From the human T2T-CHM13v2.0 reference genome, Homo sapiens, in NCBI RefSeq assembly GCF_009914755.1, contig NC_060931.1: DNA of 64,000 nucleotides; one strand, 5' to 3'. This document shows, piece by piece, positions 12,837 to 27,049 of the stretch. The notes under the pieces are model-generated. The model was not told the DNA's origin and made no database searches. It was given only the letters and a program-made list of their open reading frames with translations. The position numbers and the translations under genes are program-made. Numbering within the stretch: the first letter of the stretch is position 1; the number at the start of each line of letters is the position of its first letter.

Positions 12837-15800
12837 CTAGTGGAAAACCAATGACAGCAAATAATGAAATATAACACAAGTTAAAAAATGCCTTTCAATG
12901 CATGCAGCACTGTGATTAGTCATAAAAGTCTGATCAGGTTTAGACGCAATATAGGATTTTTCATCTCTTTTGAAAATAAAAATTAAAGAAGTTATTTCTT
13001 ATTCTTCTATACCCAAGATCTACATATACTTTTCTATGTAATGTAACATGCAATATTTGCTCATAACCATATGTTAAGGTACATGTAGCTGTAGTACTAC
13101 ATTTGGCATAAATGTTGCATATAAATTATAAATATTAATAGCTTAATAACTACTAATTTTATTATCTGATTTTTCAATTATTTTACATTGTAAGAAATAC
13201 TAATTCCTGAATATATTAAGGAATGGGCTTTAAAAAATACAGAAGTCTCCTATGTCAGATAACACAATCATATTTAATAAAGGACAAATATGCTTTGCAA
13301 CAAATGTAATATGCTCATTTCCGTAAATCATTTGTGCCAAAAATGTGACAGTATCTTGATAATGAAGAGCATGAGGGGATGGTCACGATGGAACTCATTT
13401 TAAATTCTGATAAATGCTTTTAAGACCATAGTTAGCAACATAAGGTTTGCAGTTCTCCGTAAATGTGGTATTAATTCACTTTTTAGTAAATTCATTCACG
13501 AAGGCTTTTTACTGAGCTTTCAAGGTACACATGCAAAAATTGGCCCACTTCATTATACACATGACAGGTGTGACTTAGACACGTACACAGGAAATGTGAT
13601 GTGTGAATGAAATGCGAATTGGGTGAGGGAGATTCTTAGGATAGAAGTATGAGTGCCCAACAAAAATGGTTAAGACAACAAATTCTCTTTTATCCTAAGA
13701 AGAACCTCACCAGCATGGATCTTGTGAGGGATCTGCCCAGTGTATTCATAAACATATACTGAAAAATAAATATTCTATGCTAGCAAATGAATTCAGAGAA
13801 ATTAGGTTTCTGACACTTGATTGTCAATGATCGTGTTATGCCACATCATTCAGACTTTATGGAATGAGGACTTTTTGTAAGCTAGTGAGGCTGGAAAAAT
13901 ATTATCTGTCAATTCGGTTAATCTGTTATACGGCAGATTAGCAGGGGCTAATCATCGTGAAATGCTTTTCATGTGCAGGTTTTATTGGAAAATATGAGAG
14001 TGGGAAGATTACACTCTCAAACAAGCATGAGAGACTGCTTGTTAAATGCTAAAGGGTGGTTTTCATCTTTATGGTGTGGGGCTTGTCATTCTGTATGTCC
14101 ATATTTATGAAAATCAAATCCTTCCACATGTATTTTAGAATTAAACCATTTAATTAAAAATACATTACAAATCTTGTTCATTTAGGATACACTTTTAAAC
14201 CCTGAAATATTGTTGAAAGTGCTAAGTTTGTTCTCATTAAACTTGTGTTTTCTTGGCTAATATGGGCAGTACTGAGGTTAAACTCAATATAAGATACCAT
14301 GCATGACCATAATTTTTCTTTCTAAGGGTTTTCAGCATGTGTCCTTGGTGCACATGCACAGAAGCGAAACTATGGTAATAAAGTTAGATTAAAGCCAACC
14401 TTCACTTAAAAAAAGAAGTATATTTCTAAAAATTCCTAAGTGAAATGTATGCCCCAACCATTAGTTGCAAAAACATATCAGTAGCCCTGTTTGTAACATA
14501 CAGTTACGTAGGGTTTGTATCTCTTAAGATACAAGCCTCAGTCTGCTCCTCTCCCTGCCATGCTTGAGGAGTTAACATTGCTAGTTCAAATAATCAAGTG
14601 TTCTGATACAAAAATGCAGTTAATTAAGAGAATGCTTTCAGTTAATAGGGGTTTATGGAGGTATTCCACCTATTTCTAAATATACATCCTCTGAAGCAAA
14701 GTTATAATTAAGAATATTTGTGATCATGACATGAACCTTGGCTCTAGCTTCTTTGTGCCTCATATGATTGAAGGACACTCTGGAAAACTATTATATTTAA
14801 TTTTTTGAATTATCTGGAACTTTATTTTGCGCTCATCAAATGAATGAATTGAAGTAATTATTTTGTAGAGCTACTAATTGCATACTAATGAATGCCTTAA
14901 AACTCTTTGTGGCTCTTTTGAAAAGAAGTACTTTGAAAGGGTAGAGTGGTGTAGAAATGTTACACTCTAAGACCAGAGCAAAACATCAAAAACATAGTTC
15001 TGGAAATATAACATCTTAGTATTATGTATGTTTTGAAACAACTCATTTATTGAACGTAGCTTTGTGAGCTATTTCTTTTCTTCAAAAAGAAGGAAAATAA
15101 ATTCCTTTAACAAATTTTTGAAATGTCATTAAAGAGACTGCATTTGCTTTTGAAATTATATATACATAAAAGCATATGGTGGTACATATAAAATTATAAT
15201 TTTTAAATTATTCCTGAAAGAAGACTTGGAGTAAAATTCAAAGCATACAACACCATGCAAATGTAGCAATGCTCTTGTCTCATTCAAAATGTTTTAGTGC
15301 TCTGAGAGTTTGAGATAATAATGCAGGATAAGAACAGACTTATCAGGATAAGAGCCTGGTATATGACAAATTCTTCAAAGTATTTAAAATATGGAGCTTG
15401 ATGCTGGTAGTTGCTTATAAGCATTAATTCCAACACCAGGTGACCTGGGAGACTCTCTTGGGTGCTGTGTGCTGAGGCTTCCTGCCGGTGCTCTGACAGC
15501 CTCTAAGGCAGCATGTTGACAGGGAGCAAGGAATAGAGTCCTGTTTCCAATATGTGAAGGGGTTGCTTTTACACTGGCTGGTATATTGGTGCCTCTGAAC
15601 CCCTCGCCCCTGCTTTTTAATCTTAGTATAAGTGAGGAAATTACTGGTGATGATATGTCTCTGAAATCCAAAATAGGTAAGTGCAATTGATTGTTTGGGC
15701 AGGATGAAAATATCTACTCAAATGTGTGATATGTTAAGAATTATTGTGTTTACTCAAGGGGCAGGATTACTATCCTGCCTTCTTTTGAGGACTGTCAGGT

Positions 15801-15899
15801 TTTGAAGTTTCCACAGGAGTTTGGTAATGCTTTGTCAGGCACAGGAAGCCCCATTAATGCAAATTGTATTGGCAAGCCACTTGAAAGATAAGAAGTGGT

Positions 15900-16097
15900 T
15901 ATTGACTCTCATTTTATTATCTACCAGTTTATGAGAATCACCTGAGCTGCTTTTAAAACAAGAATGATGCCCAGTTCCCACTGCAGATCAATTTAAAGCC
16001 CCATCCAAAGGGATGGGCCTGGGCATTGGGACATTTTTTGATGTCTTCAAAAGCTTCCCAAATGATTTTGACGTTCAAACAGATTGAGAAGTGCTGT
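15900..16097. mobile_element. MER5A-like hAT DNA transposon relic
   Basis: agaatcacctg...aagcttcccaaatgattttga...ttgagaagtgctg. Confidence 0.55.
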
Positions 16098-17314
16098 TTT
16101 GAAAGGCAAGTAGCCAGGGTAAAATGGTTCTAGGGTTGGATTTTGGTCTATTTGGAAATCTCTCTATGGCCTTACTGTACATAGATTCATTTCAGCACCC
16201 AGGTTATTTTATTCTGCTGGAATAACGTAGTCTGAGGAAATCAGTATCTAAGTAAAACATCAGCCTCATATTTAGATTCAAATGAGTCTGGACTGTTACT
16301 TTAAACTTCAACTTTGTCTTGTGGAGGCAGAGCCCAGCAAGTTGTCCAAAAGCAGCAGCGCACACAGGAGGCTAGTGTGGGGACCAGGTTGCTCTTGGAT
16401 TTGGGGGTTGATATGGATGCCATGCAAGCAGGTGCCTCAGTGAAAACTAAGACGAGGGCTAGCTCAAGACTGGAAAATTCAGCTCATGGCTATGACTGAA
16501 CCAAAACAAATCTGGTAGTTTTCCTACCAATTAATCACTTAAATTTGCTTGCAAAATGACTGAAATCAGCCAAGGGACTGATTTCATTTTGGATTTGGTA
16601 AACAGAATGAACATTTGAACCTATCTACCGAGAAGATTCGCCTCTCCTTGCCAACCACTTGGAGCCATCAGTCCGAACCCGTCGAGACATAAGCATTCCA
16701 GTTCTACAGGAACTAGATCATTAGAGAAAAAGCAAGTCATCTCTCTGTGAGGGAACAGTCAACCCGGCCAGGTGAGAGTGGTGACAGCTTTATTATATAA
16801 AGAGGGAAAAACACCTTTAACTTGTTAGGTGCTGGGATTGGTCAGGAGGAATCTGAAACCACAAACTCTTTGTTCTAGTTGCAACCACATCATTCAATGG
16901 AGAATGTCTGTAATTGGGCACATTAGCTAGTAACACTTCAGACACTGCCCACTACAGATCCTTCCTCTTCAAGGATGTCATTTCATTTTATAAGGCAACC
17001 CAGATCTGCCTTAAGACATGGTTTCCCATTTACCTGGAGACTTTTGTTTTATCCAATTTAACCAATATTGTCAACCCTTAAATAAATGTTGTGCTTATGG
17101 AAGTTTTCTAAGGTACATTACATTTCATTCGGGGCTTTGCTATTTCACTGATGATTTGAGCTATAGCTTGCAGTTGCAAAAGAGTGTAAGCCAAAGTGCT
17201 CCTGTGGGGGCTTCTCATCAAAAACGGATCTTACTGAATTAAGGGTCATGCTATATCAAAGGAATTTCAAACCTTCCTGAAATGGACATGGGATGCCATG
17301 TAATAGATACTCAC

Positions 17315-17413
17315 AGGACGACCTCCACATGGTCCAAAGCCCATTGATCATGACCTGTTCCATTGTGGCGTGGTTGCCACCAGCGCAGTAAGACTCCTTT
17401 CATCCGTGCCTCC
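17315..17413 (-). CDS. RELN: Reelin exon 63: [32 protein letters not shown](L)
   Basis: cag|G acceptor, CT|gtgagt donor, 99 nt, phase-consistent. Confidence 0.97.
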
Positions 17414-18033
17414 CTGGGTCACACACAGAAGGACAAAGAAGTTATACATTAGGAAACAGAACTTTTTGGTATTTGACTTCTAGATGTCAAATATTATAAT
17501 AGGCTAATCTAAATCAACAAAATGTTATGCATGGAATTCAGATTTGCTTAGGTCATAGTATTCTTCTGAGCAGCATTAAATTTTATTGGCTACTCAAGGA
17601 CTTGTAAAACTTTTCCATCTCTCTTCCTCCTTTCCCTTGTTCCATTAATATCCAGAAGATATTTGGTCAAGCATGGAGTGCTTTCTGTGTGACAGACACT
17701 GTGCTAGAAGCTGGGCTTACAATGCAAAGCAAAACTGACATGACTGCTTAACCTCAGTAAAATTTCAAACTAGCACACCAGCAGAAAATAAATGTTTTCT
17801 AAGACTAGAAAAACTGGTTAAAACAAGGGAAATCGGCAAAAACTGCCCTTGCGTTTAGTTATTATTGTCTATTCCCTCTTGTCCTTATTCCTTGCTTTAA
17901 TTTGTGCCTTTCTTGTCCTAATCGAAAACAGTAACAGCACTTTGGAGATCTGGGTTAGTCTTCGTTCTGCCACCACCTAGTTTTGCGGCATTGGTGCATT
18001 AACTTTACCCAACTTCTACCTCAAACTTTGTGA

Positions 18034-18655
<622 letters not shown>

Positions 18656-18743
18656 TAAAGGAATTATACTTCCTTAATCTTTTCTTGTTCCTAAAGTCCA
18701 TAATTTCCAAGTTCATAATATAATAGAAACAGAAGCAGCCAGT

Positions 18744-18981
18744 CTTGAGAGCTTGTTTGGAGATTCTAGCAGGGGAGCGCAGCTACTTGTATACCCTTGA
18801 CCAAAGACTGATCCTCCCCTGTTGGGGATGGTCATCCTCTTCACCCACACGCAGCTTTGGGAGGGACGCACATGGAGCGGTGAGGGAGGAAGGGGACACC
18901 TGCCTAGCTAGCCGGATCAGCTGAATCAACCCTGGTGATCAATGAATTGACAGATGTCACAGCCAGATCGCCCTCACATCT
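18744..18981 (-). pseudogene. 7SK snRNA retropseudogene, 3'-truncated (~first 240 nt)
   Basis: Reverse complement reads GATGTGAGGGCGATCTGGCTG...CCAAACAAGCTCTCAAG as in 7SK. 15-bp direct repeats gaagcagccagtctt at 18732-18746 and 18984-18998. Confidence 0.93.
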
Positions 18982-20614
18982 GTGAAGCAGCCAGTCTTAC
19001 GACTACATCACTGTTAGTAACAAAATTTATTTATATTGTCTTCTATATTATACATGTGAAAACCTCATAAGGCTTATTTTCTACACAAAGTATTTTCGAC
19101 TTTCAAAGATGTATCCTCTTTTCATGATGTTGGAAATCTTGTTAGAGTATTTCATTTAGAACACCTTCTATTCTCTGAAAGGTAACGTGGGCCAAACAGA
19201 CAGCTGAGGACATGGAGAGGACATGGAATACAACCACAATATTTATGCTGCATTCTTTTTACAAATAGCTCCAAGCTGAACACATCTGGATGGGGATAAA
19301 TTATTATGACTGTTTTAGGAAAGGCTGTCTGGAGATCAGAGCTGAGGGAAAACTGAGTTAGGACGTGCAGGTTCTGAACCATGTCTGCTATTCTGTTCAA
19401 CATGACATTTTGCTTTTCATTGTCATCCTTGCCCTAGATAGACCTTTTAGGCATGGGAAATAAATCATCATAAGATTCCTCATGATTAACAGAGTACCTA
19501 ATTTAAAGTAGGTGGTGGAATAAAGAGCTAGACTTAGAAACGTATAAATGCATAAACTAATTGAAAACATAGTGTGCCATTGCTAACTATGCACCTAGTT
19601 GCAGCTATATATGATGATGTTACAGAAAACACCAGGTTATCTCTAGATTAAGTATATCTTTTTGGCAGGCCAAAAAAAAAAAAGGAAGATGATAGACGCA
19701 ACTTATATCATGGTTTCCATACAGGAATTAATTTTATTTTCATTGTTTATCATATGAAGGGCCCCCAAACCTGCCTTTCCGCTTGTGAAAATACAACACT
19801 AATATTATATTTTCCAAAGTGAAAGGTTTCATGTAAACTATCTTCCCATTAATCAAACACATCTAATTCTCAAATATTCTCATAGCTACTGAACACTTTT
19901 CAGCATTCAAGAAATACTCTACAGTAATACCTAGCAACCTTTTTTAAGCCTAAGAATCTTTTCTTGAATTTATATAGACAAAAAGCTGTGTTTACTCTGG
20001 TTAAGGTAGCCAAAGCTGGGAAGGGCAGGTAGGGAAGGAAATTCAATCCTTCTTATGTCTTTGTCAGTCACTTCCCTAGTCCATTTGCAAGGTCTCTGCC
20101 CACTCTACTCTGCATTAACCCTCAGCAATTTAACCCTCAGCAATTATAGCACATAAAATTTTAAAGGTCTTATCCATCCATCCATCCATCCTCCATTTCT
20201 ATTTATTGTACTTACATAAGCTAAATATAGGCATATGTTTGCATTGCTACAAATTTATTTCACATACACATTTATATTTATATACTTGCCTGTGCTCAAC
20301 ATTAAATTATCTATGTAGTTTATCCCTAACCATTTTTTAAAATATTTGGCCATTTCTCTGGGTTTATGCCTACATTACCACCACTCAGCCACTGTGGGTG
20401 AAGAAATACAAAGCAATTCTCTAATAAATTTAAGCGAAACATAATTCTGAGTTGTGAAACATATATGCTTCCTTGTCCCAAATTCAAATGACAGGTTTTC
20501 ACTGCTTAGTGACATCTGTGCCATGAAGTTCACAATCCTATCTAACAGACAATGGACAATCACTGGGCTTGTGACTAATTCTATGTCTGGACTAAAATAT
20601 GGAGGTTTGGGTAC

Positions 20615-20834
20615 CTTGCTCGAGTGAGATCCAGAGGCTTGGTAGCTGCTTGCCTGATCTGACAGCCATTAAAGTACAGTGAGTCTCCATGGGCGTAGGG
20701 GGCCAGCTGCCCACAGCCACTTCCTATGACTCCACCTTGAATGGTCTCCCAGTTTGCCTCGGTGACTCTTGCGGACTCAAAATTATCTTTAATATAACTG
20801 GGAAGGTCGTGACTGAAAACAGAGCAGTCATCAC
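20615..20834 (-). CDS. RELN: Reelin exon 61: (G)[20 protein letters not shown]...PLDLTRA(S)
   Basis: ctag|GT acceptor, AAG|gtaccc donor, 220 nt; matches ORF 20581-20874. Confidence 0.97.
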
Positions 20835-20950
20835 CTAGAGGACAAGGAGCAGTCACAGAAATTAAGTGGACCAACCAGAGTCATTCAAGATTAAGAACAA
20901 GTATTCAAGTTCAGGTTTAAGTAGTTGTTACTGTAAGAATGGCAAAATAC

Positions 20951-21835
20951 AAGGAACTTAAACAACTTTACAAAAAAAAAAAAGCCAAACAACCCCATCA
21001 AAAAGTGGGTGAGGTTTTGAACAGACACTTCTCAAAAGAAGATATTTATGTGGCCAACAAACATATGAAAAAAAGCTCATCATCACTGGTCATTAGAGAA
21101 ATGCAAATCAAAACCACAGTGGGATACCATCTCATGTCAGTTAGAATGGTGATCATTAAAAAGTCAGGAAACAACAGATGCTGGAGAGGATGTGGAGAAA
21201 TAGGAACACTTTTACACTGTTGGTGGGAGTGTAAATTAGTTCAACCATTGTAGAAGACAGTGTGGTGATTCCTCAAGGATCTAGAACTAGAAATACCATT
21301 TGACCTGGCAATCCCATTACTCGGTATATACCCAAAGGATTATAAATCATTCTACGCTAAAGACACATGCACACTTATGTTTATTGCAGCACTATTCACA
21401 ACAGCAAAGACTTGGAACCAACCCAAATGTCCATCAATGTTAGACTGGATAAAGAAAATGTGGCACATAAACACCATGGAATACTATGCAGCCATATAGA
21501 AGGATGAGTTCATGTCCTTTGCAGGGACATGGATGAAGCTGGAAACCATCATTCTCTGCAAACTAACACAAGAATAGAAAACCAAACCACTGCATGTTCT
21601 AATTCATAGGTGGGAGTTGAACAATTAGAACAGATGGACACAAGCAGGGGAACATCACACACTGGAGCCTGTTGGGGCAGGGGGCAAGGGGAGGAATAGC
21701 ATTAGGAGAAATACCTAATGTAGATGATGGATTGATGGGTGCAGCAAACCACCCTGGCACATGTATACCTATGTAACAAACCTGCATGTTCTGCACATGT
21801 ATCCCAGAACTTAAAGTAGAAAAAAAAAAAAAGAA
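20951..21835 (+). mobile_element. 5'-truncated L1PA (L1PA7-like) 3' fragment
   Basis: ORF2 C-terminal CCHC-region peptide ([24 protein letters not shown]), L1 3' UTR and poly(A). Confidence 0.92.
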
Positions 21836-22221
21836 ATATAACAAAATCCAGGAAAAAAAATGAATGTTGTTACAGTAAAAAAAAAAAAAAGGCAAAATAC
21901 TAAGTAGATACAGATTCCCAAAGTAAATGTTTTGTTTTGGCAATTATTGGCTTATATTGTTGGAAAAAAAATCCAATTTTCTTTGAGTCAATGTTTACTA
22001 AAACACGTAGTGCTCATGTCCGTATTTGCCGTGTAAAACTGTTGTTTAAATACCACAGCATCTGGCTGGGCCTTGAATGTTTACCAATGGTGGGTCTCAG
22101 TAGTGAACTCTCACCCTGGTATGAGAGGCCTATCTAATTTCTTTTTTCCTAGCATGATTTGTTGTAGAAAATACAGGTTAATGTACACTTGATGATTCTT
22201 AAGAGCAGTGTCTATATTTTA

Positions 22222-22663
<442 letters not shown>

Positions 22664-23164
22664 TTAAGTAAGATATTATATTAGCAAACGTGTATGTGCT
22701 TGCATTTCCCCTTGATTTAAACAGTACATTTTTTCTACATGTCCTTAATAGTTTCAAATTAAGGTTCAGGAGAGAGGGCAAATTCCAGACATCTAGGACT
22801 TCTTGTGAGACATTTGATTCACTCATTTGACTAGAGTTAAAATTCTCCAGCTAATACAGTGACAGACCCAGCCGGTCTCAGTGACAATGACACCAGGGGA
22901 GAAAGGAAATGGCTAAGTAATTTCTAACATCAGAGATGTGCAGCAGTCTACATTAATCATATCCATTTGATTTCAATTCAAGGAAACAACATCAACCAAG
23001 AAATCTAAATAGATCCGACTCCAGAATTCAAAAACATGGATTCTTACATTGTATATCTGGGGGAAATTGTGTTAACTCTGCTCCTCCTTGGATAAATCTC
23101 TCAGCCATGAGTGACAGCAAGGCTGATTGGAAAGAACAACTTGACTAGTGGTCTTTCTGATATA

Positions 23165-23330
23165 TGCTGGCTGTGTGACCTTAGGCAGGTCATTTAGCCT
23201 CCCTGAGTCTCAGTTTCTTTGCCTGTAGCATGGGAATAATTATATTAACCATAGATAACTGATGGGGATATCATAGATAATAAGCGACTGAAGAATAAGT
23301 TGGTGTATACTATGTAAATAGTAAAGCATA
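23165..23330 (+). mobile_element. MIR
   Basis: Core gctgtgtgaccttaggcaggtcatttagcctccctgagtctcagtttc. Confidence 0.75.
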
Positions 23331-23618
23331 AGACAGTGTTAAGGATTAATTCAAAGAAGATTTATTAGCATTGCTATCGGCCAGGTATTAAGCTATGAGG
23401 ATATAGAATGTTAACTATGGAAAGCGAACTTTGTAATGATAGAGGCTGAAACCTGTTAGAAACATTGGATCAAAGGAAAGCAGGCCTGCATACCTTCTAA
23501 CAGACCAACAGAGCAATTTCCTGTGATGTGAAGGGTCGAGTAGATACTCTCTGCCCTGGATATATACTCAACCTCTAGAAACTCAAGGAGTGAAAATGTA
23601 TTTCTTTGAGTCATAAAG

Positions 23619-23620
<2 letters not shown>

Positions 23621-23658
<38 letters not shown>
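23621..23658. repeat. (GT)19 microsatellite
   Basis: Directly visible. Confidence 0.95.
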
Positions 23659-23660
<2 letters not shown>

Positions 23661-24170
23661 GTGTCACAGTGACCTGGAAACCAGAACATTTTGAGTTTTC
23701 AGCTACATCTTAGGAGAACAGTGGCAGCTGCTGCTGGAAGAGGCTGAGGAAGGAGGGATACTGGTCAAGTATGTAGGCACAGGCAGCTAGGCCAGGAAGG
23801 AGGGAGGCCCAGAAGTGGAAATTAAGTGTTGGGGCTGTGGGCAGGGGCAGGGAGTTATATGAAAGACAGAGAATGTGAGGTACTATACCATATCCTGATT
23901 TAGCATATCTGGATTTATATGCTTATATATTTGTAGAATGTCTGGAGTAGATTTCATTTCTATATTTTAAAAAATGCCTTCAGGAATATTGCATAAATCT
24001 ATGCTTAATAATTTGTCCCAAAGTTAAAGAGTGACCAAGGAGTGTGTCATGAATCTCAGATCCCTCAGGCTGGAGTTTCTATCCATTTCCTAGTGGACTT
24101 TTGTATATATGTTAAGATGAGGAGAACCTCTTGGTCTCCTCTATCAAAGTTGGCAGCCTGGGATTCAGAC

Positions 24171-24328
24171 CTTGGAAGCTCTCGTCGCAGATGCAGATGG
24201 CACCGGTCGTGCAGTATCCGTGCCCGCTGCAGAGCTTGGGGCAAGCCTCTCCAATGTACACGTGGTCAATTGCCCAGCTTTGCTTCTCAGTTTCTTCTCC
24301 CTTCTGGATCCAGCGGAACTGTGTTGCA
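24171..24328 (-). CDS. RELN: Reelin exon 60: [10 protein letters not shown]...[24 protein letters not shown] (EGF of repeat 8)
   Basis: tttcag|T acceptor, AAG|gtctga donor, 158 nt, EGF cysteine pattern. Confidence 0.97.
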
Positions 24329-25096
24329 CTGAAAGAACCACAGAGAGCAGAAGGGATTCAGTAGGTTGTTACTTCCATGGCTGCATCCTGCCTCCAGCCT
24401 CTGGGAGAGGGGACTATTTGTGAGAAAAGGGCTTCCCAAATGTCTTCCTGAAGCACCCTGCTGGCAGAGGTGAGAGAACTTGTATTTCTTAGACTCTGGG
24501 AGTATAACCCAAAATGCCATTCTGGAAGCTTGTATCTTCTCTGAAAATTTCATGTGAATTTCCTATTCTAGTCCATAATAAATCTGTGTACATTTTTCCT
24601 ACACAGGTGTATCGTTTTCCAAATCTTTGAGTAAACCGAATGCTGCTCTAGGAAGATTGCACTCCATTGTATTTATCCTGCAGCTTTGTGTAACCTGTCA
24701 GCCCTGCACACCCAGCTGGTATTTGTATCTGGATGAGAAGCGCAGCCTTTGGGAAGGCAGAACACTGGGGCAGAACTGGTGCCAACGCCAGTCTTGGATT
24801 GGGGTCTGTCATTCAGGGCCTGTGATTGAGTTTGGTACATGCTATGGTATTAAGTCAAAGGAAATCTGAGATCTCTGAATCATTTACAGACACACTCCAA
24901 TTTCCTCCTGGAACATGCAGTTGCCATTTGGGGGCATGGGTTGGTGAGAGGAGGGAGAAAAGGAGGGAAGATGGGAGAGGGCACCAGGGCTGCATGTAAA
25001 GCTCTGCCTCACACTGTCAGTTGTTTTCAGCTCACTGCATGAACTCTGTAGAGAGGCCAGATAATTTCACAAAGTTTACCTTAATTTGCAACCTAC

Positions 25097-25258
25097 CTAG
25101 AGGAGACATGGTCAGGCAGCTGGATGGTGATTCTTTTCCAGCTTGAGCTGTTGACAGAGTTGTAGATGGTGGCTTCATGGAACTGGAAAGGGGAGCAGCC
25201 AATGCTGTTAGAAGAGGAAGGAAGGCACTGGGTCTGTACGAGCTGCCAGGAATCCGAT
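25097..25258 (-). CDS. RELN: Reelin exon 59: [53 protein letters not shown]
   Basis: ctgcag|A acceptor, TAG|gtaggt donor, 162 nt. Confidence 0.96.
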
Positions 25259-25996
25259 CTGCAGAAACCAAAAGGCTTTGTTAGACAAATTGTAAGAGAA
25301 ACATATAATCTGTTAATGTCAAGGTAATGCTTTGTGATCGGGTTAAATTAAAATATTTGTATAGGAGTTTCCTGTTTTCTATAAACATTTATAATTACAG
25401 ATTATAAAAAAATTAAAATATTTTCTCTTAAGAAATATTCTGACTCTTTAAAAGCACACGGACAACAGAATAAAATCATAGCATGCATAGCAATGAATTC
25501 TGGTGGATTCTTCCTACTGACATTGTTACTAGAAATATACCTGGAGTTGAATGACAAAATTGTCTGTCTTCTCAAACTTAATGTAATTAATGTTTAAAGG
25601 TGATAGTCGGAGGGCTATTAACCCTAATAAGGTAAGTGAACTATGTCAGACTTTTATTCAATACTGTTAATATGCTTTAGAAGAGGTGACTCTGGCTGAT
25701 GCATATTCAGATCATTCACTGATTAAAGTTTTTGTTAGAGGTAGTTGAAAATGAGTAACATGAATAAGAGAGTTCTACTCTGAGGACAAATGTAGTGCTT
25801 TGCTTATTTTGATAAAATTTAAAATATAAAGTTTCTTGGTGGCAGCCTTGAATGAAAATGGATTTTTTTGGTTTGAAGGAAAATTTTGAAAATAAGACAT
25901 ATGTATACATTTTGTACAAGTGAAATTTATATAAAAATATGCACGAACTACCACTTTTAAGATATAGGGTTATTCCTCTGTAAGCAGCTGCCTTAG

Positions 25997-26435
<439 letters not shown>

Positions 26436-27049
26436 CTAAAACAAACATAAACAATCAATACACAGGTAAGATTAGATGATACTGAATTCCATTAATTAAA
26501 ATCCCATCCGTCCATTTATTACTCTGATAGGTAATATTCAGAGAAGCTTTTATAGAGCAGCCTGCTGGGATACCAAGAATACATTCTTTTGGATTCTGTT
26601 AAAGATGTTCAATTTTGCATGGAGATAAAAATAAAGGTTTTAAAAGTTACATTTCTATGTACTAAATTAGTATAATAAAAAATTAATCACAAATCTGGGT
26701 AAGATAAACTGGCCAAAAAGAAAGTAACATTAGTCAAATTTATAGACAGAAACTGAAAGTATCACTGATTCAAAACAATTTCATTGATAGCCTAACTTTC
26801 TTGATTGTTACTATTAAATTTTTAGTTGGAATTAAAATCAGCAATTTTAATTACTTAATATTCGTTCTTGGGGTTTTCTGTATTTCCATATCAATGAAAG
26901 CTTTCCATATTATATGCAATTAAATGTTTGAATCATTAATAATACATAAATGCTATAAAAATTTGGTGATTCAAATTTAAGTCCTAATCATCTATTTAAT
27001 CATGTCCTATTTCAGCACTGATAACTAGGGAAGGTTAGTGTTAAAAATT

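Noticed and set aside
20115-20144. 15-bp tandem duplication containing telomere-like taaccct
   Set aside because: Only two copies, not a TTAGGG array; ordinary slippage.
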